Origin: Dehalococcoidales bacterium
GTDB lineage: Bacteria > Chloroflexota > Dehalococcoidia > Dehalococcoidales > RBG-16-60-22
Length of the DNA stretch: 36,792 bases
Assembly (NCBI GenBank): GCA_030606585.1
Contig: JAUWGD010000002.1
Location: forward strand, 1 to 36,792
Direction of reading: 5' to 3'
The notes below the pieces were generated by a model. The model saw nothing but the letters and a program-made list of their open reading frames with translations, made no database searches and had not been told where the DNA came from. The translations under genes and the position numbers were made by a program. Below are positions 24,921 through 32,369 of the stretch, piece after piece; positions within the stretch are counted from its first letter, which is position 1; every line of letters starts with the position of its first letter.

Positions 24921-25358
24921 TTAGCGCTTAAGCAGCGAGTCCAGTTTTTCCAGTCGGCTTGCCCTTTTCCTGACTACCAATGTAAACACCCTGGGAACAT
25001 CCGCCATCAGAGACCTTGATTGTTCGGCTGCGTCCGTATAGAACTGGATAATCGTCTTTTCTATCTCAACAGCCTGTTTCAAGAAATCGGCGTAGCCTGT
25101 TCCTTCTTTTATCGCCGTTTTCAGGGAATATTCATCCGGATCTATATTGAAAGCGAAACAACCCTCGATGGCATCGGTGATAACTCCGTAGTATGCCCTC
25201 TCCACCTGTACGATATTTTTCTTGTTTTCCCTGGCAAAAGAGAGCCAAATCTCGGCATCTTCGGCACTCTGCTGAGCCAGATTCTCGTAGAATTCCGCCG
25301 AGTCATTTTCAAGTTTCCTGGAGAAGGTGATGCCCTCAGAAGCCGTATGTAATATCAT
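24921..25358 (-). CDS. hypothetical protein, possible ferritin/rubrerythrin-like four-helix bundle without obvious di-iron ligands
   Basis: 145 aa. Starts 19 nt after the mmsA-like stop, with a GGGGG RBS. The repeated helical pattern (SAEFYENLAQQ..., IEKTIIQFYTDAAEQ) resembles ferritin-like domains. I cannot find the ExxH pairs. Confidence 0.4.
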   Translation of the reverse strand: MILHTASEGITFSRKLENDSAEFYENLAQQSAEDAEIWLSFARENKKNIVQVERAYYGVITDAIEGCFAFNIDPDEYSLKTAIKEGTGYADFLKQAVEIEKTIIQFYTDAAEQSRSLMADVPRVFTLVVRKRASRLEKLDSLLKR

Positions 25359-25377
25359 TTATAGTAAACCCCCGTTA

Positions 25378-26871
25378 TTAAAACCACCTTTGAATAACAA
25401 CCTTGCTTTCCGTAAAGAAGCGCACCGCTTCCCTGCCCTGCGTGTGCAACACACCGTAGAATGAGTCCTTCATGCCGCTAAAGGGGAAGAAGGCCATTGG
25501 CGCGACGATACCGATGTTGATACCAACATTACCGCTATCGATGTTGTATTGAAACTCCCGGGCGCTTTTCCCACTAGACGTAAAGATAGAGTTGCCGTTG
25601 CCAAACGCATTGTCATTGCTAATCTCTATGGCTTCATCAAGGTCTTTCACCCGCATAATGGACATTACCGGCCCGAAGATTTCCTCGGAGCCTATTTTCA
25701 TATCCGGTTTGACGTCCTCGAAGACAGTCGGACCGAGAAAACACGTTTCCGGGTAGTCGCCAACAATCTTGATATTTTCCCTGCCGTCGAGCCTGAGTTT
25801 CGCCCCCTGTTTGATACCGCTCTCTATATATTGAATGATTCTATCCTTTTTCTCTTTATCGCGCACCGGCCCCATTTGCACCGATTCATCGAGTCCGTAG
25901 CCAACCCTTATGCTCTTGATTTGTTCGATAACCCTGTCCACAAAATTCTTGTAGAAGGCGTCGTCTTCACCGACGATGACAGCGTTGGCGGCCGATAAGC
26001 ACCGCTGCCCGGCATTGCCGAAAAACGAGGTCATCATGGCTATTACGGTCCTATCTACATCGCAGTCGGGCATGATGGTCATGAAGTTCTTGGCGCCGCA
26101 TTGAGCGATAACCCTTTTGCCCGTCTCACCGCATCTCTTATAAATAACGTCTCTTCCGGTGGGGGTTGAGCCGACAAATGTTATGCCGACGATGTCCGGG
26201 TGCTCCAGCATACTGTTCACCACGCTTCTGCCGCCATGCACCATATTCCATACCCCCGGCGGGAATCCGGCTTCTTCTGCCAGTTCCGTCAGCTTGGTTT
26301 GACTGTTGGGGACTTCGCTGGAGGGTTTTACTATCACGCAGTTTCCGGTAGCCACGGCGTACGGCGCCGACCACAGCGGAATCATGAAAGGAAAGTTAAA
26401 GGGACCTATGATACCGAAAACTCCCAGGGGGGTGGGAATTACAAACTCGTCAATGCCGTGAGCAATATCCTCCGAATAATATCCCTGCATCAGGGTGGGG
26501 ATGCCACAGGCAACCTCCACGTTTTCGATACCGCGCCGGGTCTCGCCCCTCGATTCATCAATGGTCTTGCCGTGTTCCTGTGTCTGAATTCGGCTTACTT
26601 CTTCAAAATTCTCTTCCAGCAGCTCTTTCAGTCGGTAGAGATATCTCGCTCTGGCTACCGGCGTCGTCCTTCGCCAGTCTGGGAAGGCTGCTTTAGCCGC
26701 TTCTACGGCGGCATCCATTTCTTCCCCGGTCGAGATGGGTACTTTAGCAATCGTCTGGTAAGTAGCGGGGTTTACCACATCTATGATTTCACCCTTGGAT
26801 TCCACCCACTCGCCGTCAATATAATTTTTAAGTGTTCTGACCTCTTTAATCGGTTCTTCCAGAAGAGCCAT
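25378..26871 (-). CDS. mmsA: CoA-acylating methylmalonate/malonate-semialdehyde dehydrogenase (ALDH family, MmsA/IolA type)
   Basis: 497 aa. Blocks match my recollection of B. subtilis IolA: YIDGEWVESKGEIIDVVNPAT, GETRRGIENVEVACGIP, GPFNFPFMIPLWSAPYAVATGNCVIVKPS, GAKN, AGQRC (catalytic Cys), PMAFFPFSGMKDSFYG. GAGGAGG RBS. Confidence 0.85.
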   Translation of the reverse strand: MALLEEPIKEVRTLKNYIDGEWVESKGEIIDVVNPATYQTIAKVPISTGEEMDAAVEAAKAAFPDWRRTTPVARARYLYRLKELLEENFEEVSRIQTQEHGKTIDESRGETRRGIENVEVACGIPTLMQGYYSEDIAHGIDEFVIPTPLGVFGIIGPFNFPFMIPLWSAPYAVATGNCVIVKPSSEVPNSQTKLTELAEEAGFPPGVWNMVHGGRSVVNSMLEHPDIVGITFVGSTPTGRDVIYKRCGETGKRVIAQCGAKNFMTIMPDCDVDRTVIAMMTSFFGNAGQRCLSAANAVIVGEDDAFYKNFVDRVIEQIKSIRVGYGLDESVQMGPVRDKEKKDRIIQYIESGIKQGAKLRLDGRENIKIVGDYPETCFLGPTVFEDVKPDMKIGSEEIFGPVMSIMRVKDLDEAIEISNDNAFGNGNSIFTSSGKSAREFQYNIDSGNVGINIGIVAPMAFFPFSGMKDSFYGVLHTQGREAVRFFTESKVVIQRWF

Positions 26872-27015
26872 TTTTAAAACTCCTCCTCTTTAAATTTTTA
26901 CCGGGTATTGGATTTATCAGGTTCACCCCGGGGATTCTAATACCCCGCAGCTATCTTCGTTATTACGTGTGAAACCTCTCAGGGAAAAGAGGGCTATGAT
27001 ATCAATCAGGCAATG

Positions 27016-28689
27016 CTATTCATCGGGGTCGTCCAGGGTGCGGTAATAGCCATCACCAAGGTCATTGGGGTTAAAGGTCTCCTTAAACTTGCGCTGGTAG
27101 CGGAACGCCTCCGGCTGCGCCGCCGACCCGAGTATGCGGTCGCGAATTTCCTTGGGAGTTGTATAGCCGTCGGTCCACCTGGCGTAATCGTTCATCTTTT
27201 CCATACCGGGACCAAGGCCTTTTTCCGCGCCGTACTTGGCGGTGGCGTTAAAGAATTCAAATGTCCCTTCCGTTGACGCCTTATCAGCCGGGTCGAAATG
27301 GGTGAAGTTCTCCCAGAGGGAGTGACCCCCGCCTCCCATGCCGCCTATTCCTCCCATCATGCCGTCGCCACCACAGGCGACAACATTACCCTTCTTCTCC
27401 CATTCAACCTTGAATGCCGTTACCTGCTCGACACGCGCCGGTTCGCCTGAAGTCCCGAAGTCCGGCGTGCCTCCCAGTCCGAAACAGCCGTCGTAGCCGC
27501 CTCCAAATACGAGGTTCAGATTCTTGTGTCCCAACCTTATCATGTAGAGGAGCGACCAGTTGAACAGGTCGGGTTCCAGCATTGCCTTTACCTTCCAGCC
27601 TCCGGTCTCTTCCAGTATCTTATCCAGTGCTTTGTCCTGCCATTCGATATCGCCCGGGGTCATGCCCGCCAGGACAATCTGGTAATCGCGCTTCATGTCC
27701 TCGGTCATTTTCTGCACTTCCGGGTCTTTCAGCAGTTCTTCAATATCGGAAAGCGTCCTGGTGGGGTCGGACAGTATCCTGACCATGGCGCCCTTCAGGT
27801 CTCTGCCGAACATGTTGAACTGCCGGTGAGCGACGTAACCGATTCCCGAATCGAATATCATGTAACAGGAATCAGCCCAGGCCTTCCAAGATGGAAAGCC
27901 CAGAGTATATGCCCTTAAATTATCCGGCAGTACCGCTTTATAGGCGGGCGGTTTACCCTCGACGGGGAGGGTTGCCGGTCCGGGCCAGGGGTAGAGCTTG
28001 ATGGCACACTTGGTGAATACGCCCATCGCCCCGTTCGTCCCCACCATTCCTCTGACGAGTCCTTTCAGGCTGGGTCCCGGTCCGTCACAGCAGAACCAGC
28101 CCAACCCGGAGCCCACAGAGCCTATCTTCAGGATTTCACCGTCAGGCATGACCCATTCCACCCCAAGCAGATTCTCATTGTGGTGACCCATGTAAAGCGT
28201 ATCCGGCCCGAGTCCTCCCAGAGCGGTAGCGCTGGCGAGGCAGGAACAGCTGGCGCCGGGCCCGTGTATATGGGTATTCAGTCCCACCTTCATGGCTTCG
28301 GCCTGAAGCGTCGCCCCGATGACATGGGGCTCAACCACGGCATAATTGTTTTTATCATCGATTTCCAGGATTTTATCCATCCGCCTCATATCCAGCTGGA
28401 TGGTGTCATCCTCCAGAGGAAACCCCCAGGCCGACCAGAACGTACTGGAGGGTTTAAATTTTACCTTGTATTTGTTGCATACCTTGACGATGCCCTGAAC
28501 CTCTTCGGCGCTTCCCGGCAGCAGGACAGCGGCACCCCTGGGTGTGTATACACGGTAATAAGGGCCAATATGAATGGCGGTATGAGACAGCGGGTACCGG
28601 TAACAATCCAGCAGCGCCGGGTCGTCGGATATATACTCCTTGCCTACGACTTCCTCTAATTCCCGATAGGCTTCTTTCGCTAACGCCAT
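27016..28689 (-). CDS. FAD-binding PCMH-type oxidase family protein, trio copy 2 subunit B' (557 aa)
   Basis: Paralogue of 16233..17711. Shared motifs: KEAYRELEEVVGKEYISDDPA, EEVQGIVKVCNKYKVKF, MDKILEIDDKNNYAVVEPHV, LLGVEWVMPDGEILKIGS, GPGPSLKGLVRG. C-terminal FKETFNPNDL. Confidence 0.75.
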   Translation of the reverse strand: MALAKEAYRELEEVVGKEYISDDPALLDCYRYPLSHTAIHIGPYYRVYTPRGAAVLLPGSAEEVQGIVKVCNKYKVKFKPSSTFWSAWGFPLEDDTIQLDMRRMDKILEIDDKNNYAVVEPHVIGATLQAEAMKVGLNTHIHGPGASCSCLASATALGGLGPDTLYMGHHNENLLGVEWVMPDGEILKIGSVGSGLGWFCCDGPGPSLKGLVRGMVGTNGAMGVFTKCAIKLYPWPGPATLPVEGKPPAYKAVLPDNLRAYTLGFPSWKAWADSCYMIFDSGIGYVAHRQFNMFGRDLKGAMVRILSDPTRTLSDIEELLKDPEVQKMTEDMKRDYQIVLAGMTPGDIEWQDKALDKILEETGGWKVKAMLEPDLFNWSLLYMIRLGHKNLNLVFGGGYDGCFGLGGTPDFGTSGEPARVEQVTAFKVEWEKKGNVVACGGDGMMGGIGGMGGGGHSLWENFTHFDPADKASTEGTFEFFNATAKYGAEKGLGPGMEKMNDYARWTDGYTTPKEIRDRILGSAAQPEAFRYQRKFKETFNPNDLGDGYYRTLDDPDE

Positions 28690-28707
28690 GTCTCAATCCT
28701 TCCCTTG

Positions 28708-29979
28708 TTAGATTGCCTGTTTTACGAGGTTGGTAACATCAAAGACCTTCATCTTGTCGCCCGATGTATTGATGGCATCCTTAAAATTCATCTCACACCA
28801 CGGGCAGGCGCTTACTATCGCCTCAGCGCCGGTGGCCTTCGCCTCCTCAATCCTTTCAGTAGCCGTCCAGTTGGAGAAGTCGGGATAGGTTTCTCTTGTT
28901 CCGCCGCCGGCGCCGCAGCACCAGGCATACTCCCTGATTCTTTCCATTTCCACCAGCTCTATGCCGGGGATACTCTTAAGCACATCTCGCGGCGGGTCAT
29001 AGACACCCCAGGCCCCGTTATACCTGGGTTTTTTAGGCTCATAAATTACTATCTGGTTTTTGATTTTCTTCTCTTTGCCTTCCCAGGGTACGTACGGCTC
29101 TCCACGCCTGCCCAGGTGGCAGGGGTCGTGGTAGGTAACGCGCATTGGTACGGTCTTGCTGAATTTAAGCTTGCCTTCCTTAATCAGGCGGTCGTAATAC
29201 TGCACGGTATGGAGAATCTCGAACTTCGCCCCCAGGGGGGGATAAAGGCGGTTAAAGGCATGATAGCAATCGGCGCAGGGGGTTACCACCGTCTTAACAC
29301 CGGCGGCAGTCCAGGCCTTGATGGTATTTTCCGCCAGCCTGGTGAACTCTTCTTTATAGCCCATGTCATAGGCTCTACCGCCGCAACAGGGCTCGTTTTC
29401 TCCCATGATTCCGATATCAACACCGGCATTCTTTAGAATGGTTACGGCCGTCCGGGCCGTTTCCTGAAGTTCTTCATCGTAGCTGAACCGGCAGCCGGCG
29501 TGGAAGAGAACTTCCGCCGACTCTCCGGGAACGCGCTTGATGTCCAAGCCTTCAGCCCAGTCGCCGCGTCCGGCCGCGGGTTTCTCCATCATGTTGTTTT
29601 CTTTGCGGAGATGTTCGATAAGGGCCGTATGCTGCGGCAGTACCTGGCCATCCTCAACCAGCCTGAATTTTAACTCATGTATCATTTCCAGCGGTTCCAG
29701 GTTGTAGCGGCAAATTTTATCGGAAACGTCACAGGACCCGCAGGTCGTGCATTTATAAACTATATCTACTACCCTATCGGAATAAGTGCTCTGGCCGTTC
29801 AGGAGTGACAGGGCGACGGCATACCTGCCGCGCGCGGAGTAACTCAGGAAATTATTATAGGCTATACTGGGACAGCCTTTGGCAAACCTCCAACTCTTTA
29901 CCTGGTCAAATGGAATCCATTTACAATACGAGCACTGGCTGCACCTTTCCATATCAGCTTTATAGTCTTCTAGCGCCAC
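28708..29979 (-). CDS. (Fe-S)-binding protein with two intact CCG domains (HdrD/GlcF-like), trio copy 2
   Basis: GTG start at 29979, consistent with the N-terminal length of the paralogue. CSQCSYCK and CTTCGSCD motifs. CCG domain 1: AGCRFS, EPCCGG, TPCADC. CCG domain 2: YHDPCHLGR, AWCCGAGGG, SACPWC. Confidence 0.8.
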   Translation of the reverse strand: MALEDYKADMERCSQCSYCKWIPFDQVKSWRFAKGCPSIAYNNFLSYSARGRYAVALSLLNGQSTYSDRVVDIVYKCTTCGSCDVSDKICRYNLEPLEMIHELKFRLVEDGQVLPQHTALIEHLRKENNMMEKPAAGRGDWAEGLDIKRVPGESAEVLFHAGCRFSYDEELQETARTAVTILKNAGVDIGIMGENEPCCGGRAYDMGYKEEFTRLAENTIKAWTAAGVKTVVTPCADCYHAFNRLYPPLGAKFEILHTVQYYDRLIKEGKLKFSKTVPMRVTYHDPCHLGRRGEPYVPWEGKEKKIKNQIVIYEPKKPRYNGAWGVYDPPRDVLKSIPGIELVEMERIREYAWCCGAGGGTRETYPDFSNWTATERIEEAKATGAEAIVSACPWCEMNFKDAINTSGDKMKVFDVTNLVKQAI

Positions 29980-30013
29980 TTTCTAATGCCTTCTTTCTTT
30001 GTTTCTCTTGCGC

Positions 30014-31477
30014 TTAAAAGCACAGCTTGCCCGGGTTCATTACGTTGTTGGGGTCGAATATTCCCTTAAGCTTCTTCAGCACGGTCGTAGTCTGCGCATC
30101 CCGCTTGTAGGCCATATCCGCCCAGATGCCGTAGGGTCGAGAGAAGAAAGCCCCCTGCTCAATCAGCTTTTCACTGGCTTTGGTCAGGAGCTGTTGCATC
30201 CCGGTTGCTTCTTTCGAATCATCCCTATCGAAGGGGAGGATAAACTCGCAATGTACATTGGCTCCCTGATGCAGGGGCTGGACGTACACACCGATATCCG
30301 AGGTCGGGTATCCACTTGCTTCGGCCACCGATTTCACCGTCTTGATATATTCCGGCGTCCTGTTGAGGGTGGTTATGAAGAGGATATCCTGATATCCCGC
30401 CTTATAGCCGAGTTTCCAGTAGGGCTCACGGGAGGTGCTGAGCAACGCTTTCAGCACATCATCACCCCTGGCTCCCGGAACCGCCGATTCGAGTTTAAGG
30501 CCGGATTTCCCGGCAATATCCGCGATGTCCTTCTCCTGGTACGCAACCCTTTCCTCGGGGAGTATGCTGCGTCCGGCTATGCCCACCAGAACCACCCAGG
30601 GCGGCAGCTCCTTCATTAACGCTTTAATCCCACCGGGGCCGTCTCCAAGGATATATGCCAAGCTTGAATTATTTATTAATAAAAGCTCGTCGGCAAACCT
30701 GAATTTCAGCAGCCGGTAAGTAAAATCAAACAGGTCATCAGGTTTCCGGGCCGGTACAATGAAGAGCTTGTGGGGGGCGGGTAATATCTCGCATTTTACC
30801 GATGCCCAGGTCACGATACCCATGCTACCCTGGGCGGCGGAGACGAATCTGTAGAAATCCGCCTGCCCGGGACCTGTAGCACCTGCCGGTGCCTGTTTCC
30901 TCTCCCAGGCATCTTCCATCGAAGTCCAGTTGCCGGCGTCGCCGGTTACCAGTTTATTGCCGTCTCCCCAGATAATTTCATTGCATCGTAACGGGTCGAG
31001 CGACGCCCACAGCTGCCGGGGAATGAGGGTGGGCTCCCTTTCCAGGAGGCTGGCTACTACCGACTTGCCGGCCCGTGGGAGCAAAGGTGTGGTAAGCCTC
31101 AGGCCTTCTTTAGCCAGTTCGGGCTGGAGTTCGGTGTAGGTTACTCCCGGCTCAATCATCGCCACCCTGTTTCGACGGTCGATTCTCATAATCTTCTTCA
31201 TTCCGCTCATGTCCACAATGACCGCTCCCGGTACGCTGGGAACAGTATCACCGCGGAAGCGTGGCGGTCCCGAACTCACCGGAACTAGCGGTGTGGCCGT
31301 CTGATTGGCCCATCTGACAATCGCCTGAACCTCATCGGCGCTCCCGGGCTTGATTATTAACCGGGGCTTTACAGGTTTGACGAAGCTTAAATCCTTGGAA
31401 TAGGCATCCAACGCTTCAGGGTCATCGCTAACACATTCCGAACCTACGATACCGGCCAACTCATCTTTTAAAGCCAT
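30014..31477 (-). CDS. FAD-binding PCMH-type oxidase/dehydrogenase (GlcD-like), trio copy 2 subunit A'
   Basis: Paralogue of 13459..14919. Shared motifs: IVGSECVSDDP, DEVQAIVRWANQTATPLVP, LEREPTLIP, QGSMGIVTWA, DIGVYVQP, FSRPYGI, IFDPNNVMNPGKLCF. Confidence 0.8.
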   Translation of the reverse strand: MALKDELAGIVGSECVSDDPEALDAYSKDLSFVKPVKPRLIIKPGSADEVQAIVRWANQTATPLVPVSSGPPRFRGDTVPSVPGAVIVDMSGMKKIMRIDRRNRVAMIEPGVTYTELQPELAKEGLRLTTPLLPRAGKSVVASLLEREPTLIPRQLWASLDPLRCNEIIWGDGNKLVTGDAGNWTSMEDAWERKQAPAGATGPGQADFYRFVSAAQGSMGIVTWASVKCEILPAPHKLFIVPARKPDDLFDFTYRLLKFRFADELLLINNSSLAYILGDGPGGIKALMKELPPWVVLVGIAGRSILPEERVAYQEKDIADIAGKSGLKLESAVPGARGDDVLKALLSTSREPYWKLGYKAGYQDILFITTLNRTPEYIKTVKSVAEASGYPTSDIGVYVQPLHQGANVHCEFILPFDRDDSKEATGMQQLLTKASEKLIEQGAFFSRPYGIWADMAYKRDAQTTTVLKKLKGIFDPNNVMNPGKLCF

Positions 31478-31649
31478 CCTTCTTTCGCCTACTCCCTTCA
31501 GATCTTTAACGCCCTATTTTCAAGTATTCATATGGTCTGTGATGGTCTTTTTTAATCATGTTTATCCGCAGCGAGGGTACTTGACTGGACTGCAAAAAAA
31601 CGACAGTGCGGCTTTCAAGTATTTATAAAATAAATGCTCAAGCTATGAA

Positions 31650-31679
31650 ATTGTATACCCCGACACTATTAATTGTCAA
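31650..31679 (-). promoter_or_regulatory. candidate sigma70 promoter for the minus-strand trio operon
   Basis: On the minus strand: TTGACA (rc of 31674..31679), an 18 nt spacer, then TACAAT (rc of 31650..31655). This implies a leader of roughly 165 nt. Confidence 0.45.
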
Positions 31680-31729
31680 ACTTAATCATACCATCAAACA
31701 TGACTCAGCAGGAACCGCCGAACGCCCTG

Positions 31730-31758
31730 TTGACTAGATTGCTTTACAGTCTTATAAT
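31730..31758 (+). promoter_or_regulatory. near-consensus sigma70 promoter for the I42 lipoprotein gene
   Basis: TTGACT (31730..31735), a 17 nt spacer, then TATAAT (31753..31758), 35 nt upstream of the ATG at 31793. Confidence 0.6.
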
Positions 31759-31792
31759 GATTTGACCGAGAGGTATATAGGGGGTAACGGCT

Positions 31793-32275
31793 ATGAAATA
31801 TAAGTTAATCATGGTAGGCCTGATGGTTATTCTGTCATTGTCTCTGCTTGCCTGTCAATCGGGGTCAACGGGAGACGCAACCGAGCCTGATCAACCCGCT
31901 AAAAGCTCGGATAGTTACGCAGCTGCGACCTCTGTTAAGTATTATACCTGCACCGTTTTTGAGAATACCCCGGATGTTACGGATGAAATTTCATTTCCGG
32001 CCAATAAGGGAGTTACCGTAATCCTGTGCTCCAACCAGACAACCGGATTCCAGTGGAATGAAGAAGCCGAGATAAGTGACACGTCAATTGTAAAGCAGAC
32101 CAGCCATAGTTATACCGCGCCCTCCGGCACTAAAGTCGGGGCTTCGGGAACGGAAAAATATGTCTTTACGGGAGTCAGCCCGGGCACGGCTACGGTAAAG
32201 CTGGAATACAGCCGGCCCTGGGAAGGCGGCGAGAAGGCCGAATGGACGTGCACCCTGACCATCATTGTGAAATAA
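31793..32275 (+). CDS. lipoprotein with chagasin-family (MEROPS I42) cysteine-peptidase-inhibitor domain
   Basis: Signal peptide plus lipobox: MKYKLIMVGLMVILSLSLLAC. I42 signature loops: NQTTGFQW (consensus NPTTGY.W), GASGTEKYVF, and RPWEGG. AGGGGG RBS. Confidence 0.65.
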   Translation: MKYKLIMVGLMVILSLSLLACQSGSTGDATEPDQPAKSSDSYAAATSVKYYTCTVFENTPDVTDEISFPANKGVTVILCSNQTTGFQWNEEAEISDTSIVKQTSHSYTAPSGTKVGASGTEKYVFTGVSPGTATVKLEYSRPWEGGEKAEWTCTLTIIVK

Positions 32276-32305
32276 CAGGCTCTCAGGGAAGGAAATAACA
32301 ACAAT

Positions 32306-32348
32306 GCCGGGGAATCCCGCTAAAAAAGAGGTTCCCCGGCATCTTTTT
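32306..32348. terminator. bidirectional intrinsic terminator between convergent genes
   Basis: A 9 bp GC-rich stem, GCCGGGGAA (32306..32314) with TTCCCCGGC (32332..32340), followed by ATCTTTTT on the plus strand. An A-run in the loop gives a U-tract option for the minus strand. Confidence 0.7.
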
Positions 32349-32369
32349 CACTTGCCTGTATCTAACTCT

